Origin: the human T2T-CHM13v2.0 reference genome, Homo sapiens
Reading direction: 5' to 3' (one strand)
Assembly: GCF_009914755.1 (NCBI RefSeq)
Contig: NC_060929.1
DNA length: 64,000 nucleotides
In this document: positions 14,291-27,899 of the stretch, piece by piece
Position numbering within the stretch: the first letter of the stretch is position 1
How the letters are laid out: the number at the start of each line of letters is the position of its first letter
Notes under the pieces: model-generated
Database searches by the model: none
Told to the model about the DNA's origin: nothing
Seen by the model: the letters and a program-made list of their open reading frames with translations, nothing else
Position numbers and translations under genes: made by a program

Positions 14291-14547
14291 TCCTCCATGC
14301 ACTGTCCTTTCTGGAACATTCTGCCAGCCACCCTGCACCAGGCACTGGTGGCCTGTGAGCTGTGATTGTCTCTGTAACCAGGACAGGTTTGCAGGGTCCC
14401 AAAGCAGCTCCTCCCAATACCAAGCAAATGGCTGGTGGGCATGAGGGCCCATCTGAGAACATGGGAAGGAGCAGCTGTCACCGGGGATCAGGCCCGCCTG
14501 ACTTCATTAGCACCCAGCTCCACTGCATAGCTCAAAGAGATGTCCCT

Positions 14548-14857
<310 letters not shown>

Positions 14858-15157
14858 AGATGTCCCTTTCAATAATGGGGAACCAAACCAGAGGCAGTCA
14901 CATCTGCTAGCGAAAGGTGCTATTTTGAATAACTTCAGGATAGATATTTGTAATGCAGACATACCTGGCAGTCTTACATTTTTTTCTATTAATACAACAA
15001 AGTAGGGTTTAACAAACATCAACAAGCAAATAAAAATAAATAAATACATAGGTAAATGTAATGGTCTTGTAATGGTTTGCGGCTGCATTTGCCTTCACTA
15101 AATGTCCTATCTGTTGTACATATAAATTGGTTGGAAGGCCCCATAGGGTAGGAGGCT

Positions 15158-15345
15158 CTCATTTATTGAGTGCTTAATATATGCCTGGCCTCATGCTTTC
15201 ACCAGATGTCTCACTGAATCTCTATATCATTCCCATTTTTTTGCACAAATTAAAGCACCAAGACTCGAGTGCATTGAGTGGCTCGTACAGGACCACACTG
15301 ATAAGGAATAGAGCCAGGATTCAACCTGGGCTGGTCTGGTCTGAA
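15158..15345 (-). mobile_element. MIR
   Basis: catttattgagtgcttaatatatgcc...gagccaggattcaacc. Confidence 0.65.
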
Positions 15346-15371
15346 CCCAAGCTCATCCTTTGGATCTAAAC

Positions 15372-15550
15372 CTTTGGTTCTCAAGCCTGGCTCCACACTG
15401 AAAGTCCCTGGGGAGGCTAACATAATCCTCCACCCCTGCCACCCCAGGGGGTCTGAAGTAGCTGGCCAGGGATGTGGCCCCCGCACTGGGTTTTCCAAAC
15501 CTTCCCAGGCGACTCAAATTTGCAGTCAGGGTGAAAGGGCCCTGCTTTAA
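15372..15550. mobile_element. MER5-family fossil
   Basis: tggttctcaagcctggct.cacactgaa...cccaggcgactc.aat.tgcag.cagggtg. Confidence 0.6.
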
Positions 15551-15759
15551 CCCCATTTCACAAGTTGTTGTACTGCTTCCTCGCTCAGAAAGCCAGGGAG
15601 CTGTTAAGAGCCGACGTTTCCTTCCTGATTTCTACTTTACTAATCCCAGGTTTCCACCTGTGAGGTAGGGAAGGGAAATATACCTGCGATCCCTTAAAAA
15701 TGTTTTTAAAAAGACGGGATCGATGGAGTGTGAACTGTGACCTGGACTCTGTGCTAATT

Positions 15760-17190
15760 GGGCTCCCTGCATGGTTTTTAACTTCATTCTTACAACAATT
15801 CCTCATTTACAGAGGAGGAAACTGAGGCCCGGAGGGGTGGAGTCATTTGCACTGGTTGCAGAGTTGGTGGCAGCAGGATTCAGACTCAGGGTCTCATCTT
15901 CCCTCTGATATTGGTAACCTCTCAGCCCGCTGTGTGCTCACCAACACACACATCTGCCTGCGCATGTTCAATTTCTGTCTATTGAGGTTGTGACGTGGGC
16001 CTGAGAGGTGTCAGGGATGTGAGTGTGTGAAGGGTGAGGGCTGGGGGTCTCCACACCAGCCTCCAGGGCCCCAGGGCAGAGTGTGCTCAGCTGGACTGAG
16101 AAGGGGCAGGAGCTGGACAGGGCCACTGTCCATCCCTAAGACCGGGCTCCTCTCTCAGCAGGGTCGCCTCTGCCATCCCTCTGGGCCTATGCAGGTTTGG
16201 CTGCGTCAGGTGACCAGGTGTGTGGTGGGTGGGAGGATGTGGAAGAACAGAGCAACTCCAAACTCCTTTGCCATCACTAAAGGGCCCTTCCTGCCTTTAG
16301 TTTTAGACCGTTGTATTCAATGTGAAGGTTGTTGCTTATAACAGGATAACGGTCATTTAAAATGTTAAAAGTAAGCATATTACCATTTGTTGAGAGTTTG
16401 CTACATGTAGGAAGCAAGAATGAGCAAGTGGTAAGAGTCAACACTGTCTTTCCATCCTCATAACATGCCAGGGAGGACGGTAAAATTATGCCCATTATCC
16501 TGATGAGGAAAACTGAGGCCCGCAACTCACATTACTTTCTTCAGATAATTGCACAGCTAGGAAATGGCAGGGCTGTGATTTTTACCTGTGCTATTAAACA
16601 TTTGCCAACTCTGCTGCAAAAGAGAGACTGCTTTTTCATCTGGCCTTGACTCTTCAGCCAGCCTCCTTCCTGCCTATGCCTCCCAGCTTTGGAGAAATTA
16701 TAGGTGTAGCCTGTGCTTTGGGTTTTGTGCAAGGGCTCGCAAAAGTATGCTTGCTGGTCTCACACCCTGAATCATAGTTTAGCATTTAAAGTTGGAAACA
16801 ATCTCTGTGGTCATCTAAATTTAATCTTTTTGCTGGCAGTTAGGGAAACTAAAGCTCAGGAAGGAAAAGTTCTGGACTGGGGCTTGAACCCTGGTCTCTA
16901 GACTTTGCATCCAGTTCTTCATCTATTAGAAGCCTCCTAGGTTCATTCATTCATTCATTCATTCATTCAATTATTCACTCATTCATTTGTTCAGTCCCTT
17001 GAGCAGCATTTCAGTGAGTTTGCCTATATCATTTCACTTGATTCTCAAAAAATAAAAACTCATGAGATCAGTTACATTGTAGCTGATGAGACAAAGATGC
17101 AGATGAGGAGACTGAGTTTCAGAGAGGTGAAGCAAGTGGTCCAAGATCCCAGCAGGCAAGTAGCAGAGGTAGAATTTGAAGCCAGGTCTT
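15760..17190 (-). mobile_element. Cluster of MIR fragments (about 15760-15900, 16380-16620, 16790-16930, 17000-17190) with a (CATT)n run at 16942-16990
   Basis: Repeated gaggaaactgaggc-type MIR cores. Confidence 0.6.
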
Positions 17191-18834
17191 TGGAGAAAAG
17201 GGAGGCAGCTGGGGAGTCGGATGAGGCAACCAGTTGGAGCTGGGTAGTCAGGGCAGCCTTGGCCTTTGGTGAGCTTCGCCTCCATTTTGGGAGTGAGGGG
17301 TGAAGGAAGTCACAGGGCTAGAGTTGCAGGTAGGGGTTGAGCTGGGCTGGTGGGTGAAGGGAGGCCATGGAAACAGATATCCCTGATGTAGGACCATGAG
17401 AGGGTCGCGGGATGGCCTTCCTGAGATGCCTCCAGGCAAGAATCTGAGGAGACCACACTGAGCACTGCCATCTATGGAACCATACCAGGGCCCCATGGCT
17501 GGGCTCAGCACCTCCTAGGAGTGGCACCAGGTCTGCATTCATTGGGTAGGACTAGGGAGGGGCTCAGAGAGGAGGACAGGTGCAGTGACCTGGTGGTTCA
17601 CATCCAGTCACTCCTACCTATTCCAAAGTGTTGAATTCACAGCATCGAAGGGCTTATAGCTTATCCAGATTATTGGGACCAGCATTTCCCAAAGTGTGTG
17701 TGTAGGGGGGGCAATAGATGGGGGTGATTACTTGGGGTCTGCGAGGACAGGGAGATGGTGCATAAGCCTGGTTCTAAATAACATGTTAAGCAGTGAGGAT
17801 TGCAGTCCCTCTTCAGTTCTCCTTCAAGCCTGTGATCACGCAGGGAGAAGGGTCTCACCTGGGTGCTGGCGTTTCTTTAACACGTCCCCTAACACTTGCC
17901 AGTCTCCTTTCACCCACCCTCCAAGTGTTTAGGAAGGACCAGCCTCTAACTAAAGCCTGTAACCTTCCTCATTCAGTTTTCATTTTACTTCTACTGTTAC
18001 CTTCTATCAGTGGCAAATGGTCCCAGCTCATTAATGACAGTAACATTATAAAGACCTCCTTTAGGTTAGTGATTTAGGTTTTAAGAGGTTGCTGTTTGGG
18101 AGACAAGTATTAAGTCATGAATGCTGCAGGCTTCCTAGGCTGTGGCAATGTTGTGGAATAGAAGGAAAGTCAGTGCAGGTGGGAGGCATTGAGCCTGCTG
18201 GCCCTCCACTCTGCAAATGGAGTGTAGAGACAGGGCGGGGTTTGCCCCGAAACGTGCAGGAAGCCAGTCCTCCAGGCTGCCAGCGGACACCTCCCCTACT
18301 ACCTTTTTCTTCCTGAGGACCTGCAATGCCTCCCTCTGCACCCTCTGTCATTTACACACCTGGAAATGTGTCCTCTTTATCCCAGCCTCTTCAGACATTG
18401 CTGCAAGTTCTGATCTTGCCTCATACTTGAGAAGCCCTCAGTCTTTCGGCAGATGGCCTGCTGGCGTGTAAGCAGGAAGGTAAACGCCCCCAGTTTCCAT
18501 CCCTCACAGCAGGCACCTGTCTGCCCTCTCACGGGACTCCCACTTCCTGGCCAGGCTGCTATGGAAATTCCACTCAGTGTCCAGAACTCACCTGTAGCCT
18601 CACTTTCTCTAGTACCATTTCCTGGGGCCCCAGGGTGAAGGCACCCCCGCTTTGCTCTCAGCCCCCTGCGACTCCCACAGCACTTCCCACAGGATAGCGT
18701 GACTATCTGGTTATGGGTCCATCACCCCATTTTATTGTGCACACCTTGAGGCAAGTACAGGGCCTTCCTTAATTTGACATTCCCAGGACCTGGGCCTGAC
18801 CCGTGGAAGGTCCATGGTGAAGACTGTTGAACAG

Positions 18835-19070
18835 TAATAATAGTTGTAACAATTGCCATTCACTGAATACTCCTTGCATTAGACACTGCGTGATGGACTT
18901 TATTTATATTATTTTATTGAATCCTCATAGCAGCCTCAATAATTAAGATCAAACACTATCCCCATTTTTATGAATGAGGACACTGAGCTCAGAGATGTTT
19001 AGTATCTTGCTCAAGGACACTCAGTAAAATACAGAACTGAGGCTTGAAACAAAGCAGCTCTGGAGCCAGT
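18835..19070 (-). mobile_element. MIR
   Basis: aatcctcatagcagcct...ccccatttttatgaatgaggacactgag...cttgctcaaggacac. Confidence 0.7.
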
Positions 19071-19104
19071 GTTCTCAGGAAGCTAGGGGAGGTGCATGGG
19101 GCGG

Positions 19105-19105
<1 letters not shown>

Positions 19106-19144
<39 letters not shown>

Positions 19145-19158
19145 GCGTGCGCGCGTGC
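19106..19158. repeat. (CA)n microsatellite continuing into a CG/TG alternation
   Basis: (CA) run followed by cgcgcgtgcgcgcgtgc. Confidence 0.95.
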
Positions 19159-19329
19159 TCATACACCCATACTGAGACTGGAGTGATGAATGCACAGGTG
19201 TCTTCCCTGCCTCTCCTCCCCCTCTGTTTGCTGTTTGCTCCCACAGCCTCTGTACCTTCCGGGCCCCTGGCTGTGGCTGCCTGTGGGTGCTGCCGCCCTC
19301 GCCCTGCAGGCTGGCCTGGCTGCCCACCG

Positions 19330-19640
19330 GGAGCCCATTAGTCAAGTCATCCTAGGCAGAATTATGCCTTCACCGAAATGATATCCAGGCCCAGCGGCTG
19401 GGCTTGTGTGCAAATTTGTGCTGATTTGATTAGCTTGTTTAGTCATCGCTGCTGATGAGAGCGGGCCACGGCCACCAAATGACATTCTGCTGCCTGCAAC
19501 TCTGTAATCGCTTTTGGAAGGGATATTATGTTAATATCTCACACGAGAGTCTCCGATCATGCAGGACGATGGGCGGCCAGGCCTGGGCCATATGGTGCAT
19601 CCGAGGCCCTCCTTTGTAATCCTGGGTAATTGAAATCCTC
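19330..19640. promoter_or_regulatory. Candidate conserved non-coding enhancer
   Basis: Repeat-free and retains CpGs. Dense homeobox, PBX, FOX and MAF-like motifs. Conservation not tested. Confidence 0.4.
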
Positions 19641-19805
19641 TGCCTTATTCAAACTTGGAAAGCCCACCATATGATGGGTAGCAGAGGGCCCTTTGGCAAT
19701 TTACTTGCCAGTCCTTTTGGGGACTTTCTTTGGGGTATGATGGCAGTATGAGCGGAGATTTATGCCAGAGAAACTTGACCATTTTTAGAAACAAAAATCT
19801 CTGGC

Positions 19806-20385
<580 letters not shown>

Positions 20386-20457
20386 CTTGCTATAGTCAGA
20401 CTCAGCTTGCAGGGTTTTTGAGAATATCAACAACCCCCAGACAGCTACCACTTAATG

Positions 20458-20650
20458 CAGTGCTTGGCAAGCTTCAGCAAGTGTCAGAAATCCCTGGTGG
20501 TCTCATTAAGGCATAAATTGCTGGGTCCCACCCCCAGAGTTACTGATTCAGCAGGTCTGAGGTGGGACCCAGGAATTTGCATTTCTAACAAGTTCCCAAG
20601 TGATGCTGGTGCTGCTGGTCCCGGGATCACACTTTGAAGACCACCAGCCT
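20458..20650. mobile_element. MER5A
   Basis: ttgctggg.cccacccccagagtt.ctgattcagcaggtctg.ggtggg.ccc.ggaatttgcatttctaacaagttccca.gtgatgctg.tgctgctggtcc. Confidence 0.85.
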
Positions 20651-20714
20651 AGCCGATCCTTACTGTAAGCCCAGTACTGCCCAAATAGGAGAGGTAGGTA
20701 TCCTCACTTTCATC

Positions 20715-21011
<297 letters not shown>

Positions 21012-21669
21012 TTTCACTTTCATTTTTCTGATGAGGAAATGGAAGCTTGGATAGGTGAATTTGCTTTCCTAGTGTCTTTTACCTAGGACATAGGATGTGA
21101 AAGGAGGTGACTGTGTCCACAGCCAGAAAGTTTGTAAAACTAGAACTCAGCCCAGGTTTCCTGATTTACCATCCAAAGAGGTGGCCTCGGGGAGGTGGTG
21201 TTACATTTTAATTTTGCCTCTGCCAGAAAACTGGAGGGTGTGTCAATGCTCGTTCCTAACGGCTTGCCTCATGGTCCCGGGAGGTCGCTCACATTCTCCT
21301 GCAGGACTTGGTGTGGCCGGCATGGCTTGGGCCATGGTGGGCTCCTGTTGTGTGGACTTGCAGGGCAGGCCAGGTCTCGCTGTGAAGCTACCCTGTGCTT
21401 GCAGGCAAGGACACCAAGCTGGGATAGAACCCTGGGCAGGTGAAGAGCTGGGAGGTTTGGGGCCGAGTGCATGGGCTTTTCTCAGTTCCGCTGTCCAGGA
21501 TACTGCATGCTCTGCAAGGAGGCAGGTGACTGCTAATTAGAGGTCCCCGTTCCTTACCTAATGGTCAAGGTCTGCCCAGGCTGGCCAGACAGATAATCAT
21601 TGTTCAACCTCCCTTTATTCCCCTCCCCTCCTTGCCCTCCACTTCCCAACCAGGTGAAAGAAAAAGAGA

Positions 21670-21880
21670 CTTGGTAATTCACTGAGCATCACCCAAGACC
21701 GGGCGCAGACCTACACCCTGGCGTATAAAAGACGTAGTACTCACGTCATTCCTGTTTCACAGATGCACAGACTTACTCTTGGAGAGGCTCCTCCCAAAAG
21801 TCACCCAGCTGGTAAGTGGGACAGAGCAAGGACTTGGAGTGACACAGGCTAAATCCAGGCCTCTGTCCACTCCTCCGACT
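21670..21880 (-). mobile_element. MIR
   Basis: tttcacagatg...aagtcacccagctggtaagtgggacagagc. Confidence 0.6.
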
Positions 21881-22225
21881 GCCTCTCTCCTCCCTGTCCC
21901 TTTCTTTAAGATGCTAAGGAGCATTTGTCAGACTCCTGGAGGAGAAATATTGTTTTCAGTGATTCCCAAGCCTATTTGTCAGTTGAAACTCATTTATTTT
22001 CTTCCTTCTTTTCTCATTTTTTTTTTAAGTGCAGAGTGCCTTTTGGGAATCAGATACTAGGGACTCAAGGACTCCTGGCTTGTCCCCTTGTCTCCAAAGC
22101 CCCATCCTCACAGCTCAGGCAGCTGGGTGCCTGTGGTGTGCTCACTGGGCTGGAAGCTCCAGACGGGGCAGGAGGGAGCCTGACTATTCTCTGCAGTGTG
22201 GTGGCCCCAGGGCCTGGTGCTTGAT

Positions 22226-22290
22226 ACACACACACACACGCACACACACGCACACGCACACGCGTGCATATACATATGTATGTATTTATA
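22226..22290. repeat. Imperfect (CA)n/(CG)/(TA) microsatellite
   Basis: Directly visible. Confidence 0.9.
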
Positions 22291-22696
22291 TTTGTTTGTT
22301 GGTAGCAAATGTTTATTTCTTATAGCTCTCAGTAGCCAGAAGGGCCATCCTAAGCCAGCCAGTCTTGCTTGCTGACCTGGAGAAATAAATGCCTCTTCTG
22401 CCAGGTAGCTTGGAGCACAAGGGCATAGGTGAAAACACGGGCCTCAGGGGCCTCACCTCTGAGTCCCATTCTGCCCCCTCAGAGCTGCGAGACCTGGGGC
22501 AAGTCCCTTTCTTCTCTGGGCCACAGGTATTCTCATGGGCCTCCCTCCCAGGCTTTTGTGCCAATCCAGGAGGCATGCAAGCCTCTGGGACGGTGGGCCA
22601 TCCCATGGAGGTGAGCTGCTGCTAGGCTGCAGCCTTCAGAGGAAGAATTTGAATTAAACAGGGAGAGAAGTCACACCACCTCAGGGAGCCATCTAA

Positions 22697-22900
22697 GTCT
22701 GTGTTGTCTGAAGCAGTAGCCAGTTGAGACCTGTGGCTATTTACTTTCAGCAGATAATTAAGTTAAATTAAGCACAGTTCCTTCTGCACAGTAGCCACAT
22801 CACAGGTATTCGGTAGCCACATCTGGAGAGTGGCTACTCTATTGGACAGTGCAGATGGGGACATGTCCACCATGGCAAAGATCCCAATGGGACTGCACCA
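22697..22900. mobile_element. MER3-like hAT fossil
   Basis: gtagcca...tgtggctattta...tagccacat...gtggctact.tattggacagtgcag. Confidence 0.7.
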
Positions 22901-23059
22901 AGTCCCACTGTGTTGTCATGCTTATTGTTTTCATGTCCTAACACTGCTCATGACACATAGCCTAGTGGAAGTCCCCTTGGATCTGCTTTTTGGAGAAAGA
23001 GGGGAACATGCATTTGAAATCATCCACTACATGATTTTATTTGCTCCTACACTGATTGA

Positions 23060-23210
23060 TTGATTGACTTTTGAGACAGGGGCTTGCTCTGTCACTAAGA
23101 CTAGAGTGCAGTGGTGTGATCATGCCCACTGAACTCCTGGCCTCAAGCCATCCTCCAACCTCAGCCTCCCAAAGTGCTGGGATTACAGGCGGGAGCCGCT
23201 GTGTCTGATC
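23060..23210 (-). mobile_element. Alu monomer (FLAM-like or internally deleted AluJ)
   Basis: ttttgagacaggg...gaactcctggcctcaagc...cccaaagtgctgggattacaggc. Confidence 0.75.
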
Positions 23211-23669
23211 ACACCTAGTTTTCTTTTAGATGCAAATATCCAAAACACTTGCAGAGTTAGCTGAAATTGGTTAGGTGTTCTCTCACCCATCTTATTCTAT
23301 CACTTGCTCTATAGCCCTTTCTTAGCACCTAGGAGCAGCCTGGACTTCAGCTCAGCCCAGCTCAGGGTAACAGTGTCCCACAGCGTTAGTGATGTCCAGA
23401 CGAATGAGGCTTTTACTCTACTTCCTAGGCTGGTGCCCCCAGCGTCTAGACTGCATCAAGATCACAGGTTCCTCTCTCTCCTGAAGGACTGTCTGCCACG
23501 GGGGACTCCCTGCCATTGTCCCACACATGCTATCAAGGCAGAGGGTGACGAGCCCAGAACCCAATCCCCAGTTGACACTCTGTCCATGAATTTAAGTCCC
23601 CCAAAGAATGCCCCTAATGTCCACTAGAGCCCTCTACACGACCCTGTCAGCAGTGATGGATATTACATT

Positions 23670-23826
23670 TGTGTGTCTAGTTGGAGTTCCAATTCTGCCC
23701 CTGCAATGTATTAGTTGTGTGACATGAGCATGTGACATAAACTTTTTGAGCCTTGGTTGACCCTTCTGGAAAGCGAAGACTCTGTTATCTTGCTCACCAT
23801 GTGGCAGTGAGTTCACGTGAGATGGT
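23670..23826 (+). mobile_element. MIR
   Basis: tagttgtgtgacatgagca...tgagcct. Confidence 0.55.
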
Positions 23827-24359
23827 GCAGTGTTTCCAAACTTTTCTAGCCCATGTCCCTTTTGCTAAACACAGACATCTCTGCCTTCCTTGTGGAAGAC
23901 TCCACCTTTCTATACCGCCCCACTGATAAGTATTTCATGCACATTTACCAGCCAAGAACACTTTGTCCAACTTTCCCACAATTTGTATTATGAAATGAAA
24001 GGGTTTTTTTTGTCTTCCAAAAATATGAAATTATGTTTTGATGCTGGCTCTGTTGTTCCGAGCTATACCCTTTTGCTTCCCCTCGCCTTCCTTATCTTAG
24101 TTCTAGTATACCCCCAGAAGATCACCCCCACATCACAAATGGAACAGGTGGGCAGTGCCCGGTGATGAGCTGCAGGTGACAGGCACTCACGAAACAGTGG
24201 GTCCCCACACCCTGCAGAGGAAAGGAGACCTGCAGGCAGACCCTGCAGCCATGGCCAGATGAAGGTCAATCCAAGTCTGGTTTCGAGTAGCACCTCTGCA
24301 GACCCGCAAGTGTAGATAAGTTCCTTAATATCATCTCATAGCTCTCTTCACTTTTTAAA

Positions 24360-24690
24360 AAAGTAGACCTTATTTTTTAGAGCAGTTTTAGGTTTGCAGA
24401 AAATACAGAAACTTTCAGTATATCCCCTCCGCCCACTATCCCAGTTGTCTGCCCCATTGCTAACCTCTTGCATTGGTGTGGTACATTTGTTACAATGGGT
24501 GAACCCATATTGATACACTATTATTAGCTCCAGTTCATAGTTTACTTTAGGCTTCCTTCTCTGTGTTAGACAGTTCTACGGGTTTTGGCAAATGCGTTGT
24601 CTCCACACCCATCATTACGGTACCATACAGAATTGTTTTTCTGCCTTAAAATTGCCCCTTGCTCCGGCTACGCATCACCCCCCTCCTTCT
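24360..24690 (-). mobile_element. L1MC-type 3' end
   Basis: tttttagagcagttttaggtt...ggtacatttgttacaat...ttgatacactattatta. Confidence 0.75.
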
Positions 24691-24699
24691 ACCCTGGGC

Positions 24700-24925
24700 C
24701 CAGTTTTCTTCACTTTTTCTTCAGTGCATTTATTGCAGTTGTAAAGATCGAATTTGGAATTACTTGATTAAAATCGGCCTTCCCCACGGGACCGTAAGCA
24801 GCTTCACGAGGGCAACCGCTACGTCGGGCTTTGCCACACTGTGTCTCCTGGGCTTTCTCACAGTGCATGGCATATGTTAGTGTAAACAGTTGAACAAATG
24901 AATGAATGAATGAATGAGTGAATGA
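24700..24925 (+). mobile_element. L2 3' end with (GAAT)n tail
   Basis: cagtgcatggcata...ttgaacaaatgaatgaatgaatgaatg. Confidence 0.65.
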
Positions 24926-25029
24926 GAAGTGAAGTAGAGGCAATGAAGGAGGCTGGAGGAAGGAGGTGTCAGGGCAAGAAGAGGAAGCCTCACCCAAATC
25001 AACATTGCCCATCCCAGGAGCCTCCCTTT

Positions 25030-25380
25030 GAGGACAATGAAATGGCAAAGCAAAACTGTTCTGGAACCAAATGGCTGATAACCCACGCTGGGGTTATCCT
25101 GGCGGTGAGTGTAGCCCCTCCTTGCCCCATCAGGGGTGACAAGGACAGGAGCAGGGAATTGATGTCACCAGAGCCAGGCCCTGAAATGGCCTGACAAGGG
25201 CTCAATCCGTCACTGTCTTAACCGTCGTGACTTTCGGAGTCACCTCCAGATTTTTTGGCCCAGTAAATGATTAAGCAGTTAAATAAAGACAGGCTCATTA
25301 AGGAAACATGCTTCCCTGCGTATCTGCCCCAGTTACTCCTAAATTTAATCTGTCCATGAGCCAATTTCCAGGACAAACGT
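25030..25380. promoter_or_regulatory. Candidate conserved non-coding enhancer
   Basis: Unique sequence with SOX (ACAATG), GATA, TGACA, TGATTAA, CATTAA and TAATCT motifs. Conservation not tested. Confidence 0.4.
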
Positions 25381-26414
25381 GCACAGGCTTTTTTTTTTTT
25401 TTTTTTTTTTTTTAAATCTCCAGAGCCTTAACCTTGAAGGTATTCATTGGCCAAGGCTTATCCTGATGCCGGTCTCCCCCATCCTGTCTCCTCTGAGACT
25501 CAATGGAGGGGTTCCTTCCCCACACCCAGACAATCCCGTGGGGCCGCTGGAGAAGGGGCAGGGCACTCGTGGGGCCCATTTGCCAGCAGGCAGGGCCGGG
25601 CCCATGAAAGCACCCTTTCTTCTCTGTCACACGGCTGCTCCCAGCCACGGGGGGCTCTGGGGTATAATCGGATTGAGTTTCCTTGGCCAACAGGTTGGCT
25701 TTGTTCTCTTGTCCAGATTTTCATCCACTTGGCTCCCCAAGTTGCTGCTCGACCGCTCTCTGACCTGGATTCACTGAGGACACATCAGGCCTTTGCCACG
25801 GGCTCCATGGAGTGGCCGGAGCCCAGGGCTGGGTGAGTGTGGGGTGGGTCTGAAGGGGAGGACGTGCATCTAGAGGCCAGGCCAGCCCCTGCAGGATTTT
25901 CTGATGTCAAATCGCCTGTCCTGTGCCCGAGCCCTATCGCCTTAGCAGAATGAGGACACGTGCCTCCCCTGGGCCTCCCCACCGTGGCCTGAGTGAGTGT
26001 CTCCCCGGCTGCAGTGTTTGCAGTCAGCAGGTCAAGAGGGGACCCTCCTGCCCTGCTCCCATGGGGCTGCTGCTCCTTCTAGCAGTCCCAGCTTAACACC
26101 CACACTTCTTATACTGGTCCCAGGGCCCTCTATGGGTTAGGGTGTAGAAGGAGGTTGTGTTGGTTAAAAACACCAGGTGGAAATCTCTTTTCTCTGAATG
26201 CTGATGGAGTGCTGTTAGGGAGACAGTTCTTTTCAGTCTAGTTGGATCCTGGGTGAAGACTCAGGCCTCGCTCAAGAAGGGAGACCACCCATATGTGCTG
26301 TCACGTGTTTCCAGGGAGGAGGCTGGAAGTCCAAGATCAAGGTCCTAGTAGGTTTGGCCTCTGGTGAGGGCTCTCTTCATGGCCAGGAGCTTCTCCCACT
26401 CCTGGGCACAGATG

Positions 26415-27348
26415 GGCCCTGTTAGACTGTTGCCTTGCTCCCAATCAATCATGCCCCCTCCCACTGCCTCTGGGGTTGTGTCTGTGATGTCCTCTTCCTG
26501 GGGACAAATGCAGCTTCAGCTGCTATAGGCTGGGACTGTGGCCCTCCCTGCACCAGTCCCAGGGCCCAGCTTCCCCAGGCCACTAGCGTTGCTCCAGGAA
26601 CAGTGTCCAAGTCAGTCCCGACTGCTAATAGAATCCCACGGACTGAGTGGCTTCAGGAACAGGAATTTATTTCTCACAGTTCTGGAAGTCCAAGATCAGG
26701 GTGCTGGCAGATTTGGCTCCTGGTAAGGGCTCTCTTCAGGCTTGCAGACAGCTGCCTTCTTGCTGTAACCTCACATGGTGGAGAGAAAACGCTGGTGTCT
26801 CTTCCTTTTCTTATAACGGCACTAATTCCATCATGGATCCCCCCACCCTCATGACCTCATTGAAACCTAATGACCTTTCAGAGGCCCCACTTCCTAATAC
26901 TGTCACACTGGGGGTAGGGCTTCCACATACCAATTTGGAGACACACAAACATTTAGTCCATAAAAAATGGGCAGGTGGCCCAGACTAAGCTAATCACATC
27001 CTTTCCTGGGCCTGTCAGGAACCTTCTCTGGCTTTTGGTTTGTTTGTATTTTAAAATAGAAATAGGCAGATCTGTGAGAAGGTGAGGTGAGAGTTGCAGG
27101 CAGCCACCTACCTGCCCAGGGGAGGAGGCCCTTTTGCAATAGGAAAGAATGAAGACAGCACAAAGAGAGACATGGAGGAGGAAGACGGAGAAGGAGGGGC
27201 GCTTTCGCCTCCCTGGACCCAGTGGGCCCTGAGATCTGCTTCTAACCTGTCTTTTCTCTATTGATTTTTGTCAGCTAATAAGTCTCTCTTTCTACATATA
27301 TTCATTGAAGTTCCATTTGTTTTCCTTGCCAGTAAAAGAATGCTGACA
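26415..27348 (+). mobile_element. Old MaLR LTR (MLT1J/K-like) split by MLT1A0
   Basis: gcagccacc...gaatgaag.cagcac...cagctaataa...ttgccagtaaaagaatgctgaca. Confidence 0.45.
26604..26963 (-). mobile_element. MLT1A0-like MaLR LTR
   Basis: aatttatttctcacagttctgga...agtccaagatca...ccaccctcatgacctcat...aaacatttagtccata. Confidence 0.85.
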
Positions 27349-27394
27349 ACCTCAGGATTGGGCAAGGAGCTAGTCCTTTTCCCCTCTTGAGAGA

Positions 27395-27622
27395 TGGGGT
27401 AGCAGAGTAGTAGGAGCAGAGCGGCCAGGCTGTCTGGATTTGAAGTTGTACATGTTGGTCTGGGCAAAATTTTCAACTTCCTGCGCCTCAGTTTCTTATC
27501 TGTAAAGTGGGGTTAATAATAGTGCCCACCTCGTGCAGTCAGGGATGAGGATTAAGTGAGTTATATGTGTAAGGTGCTTTGCACACTGCCTGGTGTGCAG
27601 TCAGCTCAGCATCTGTGAGCTG
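27395..27622 (+). mobile_element. MIR
   Basis: gcctcagtttcttatctgtaaagtggggttaataatagt...gaggattaagtgag. Confidence 0.8.
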
Positions 27623-27899
27623 ATTTCCATCTCCCTTGGGTCTTGTGGCCTGTGAACACAGCCTTACTTGGCGCAAGTGCTGAAGGAAATGGAACGCACC
27701 CTGAGTGAGACAGCAGTACTCTCTTGTGACCCAGTTAGTAGCCAGCTGGCAGATTTCTGGTATTGCTCACTGCTGAGGGGCCGCTGGGTGCCTGATGAGT
27801 CCTGGGAAATGCCTGGGGCAGGGTGGCTGGCCTGGGCCTGTCTGCCCTGGGTTGCCCCTCCCAGAGCTCTCAGCATGGCAGCACTAAGGCCAGCTGGAC

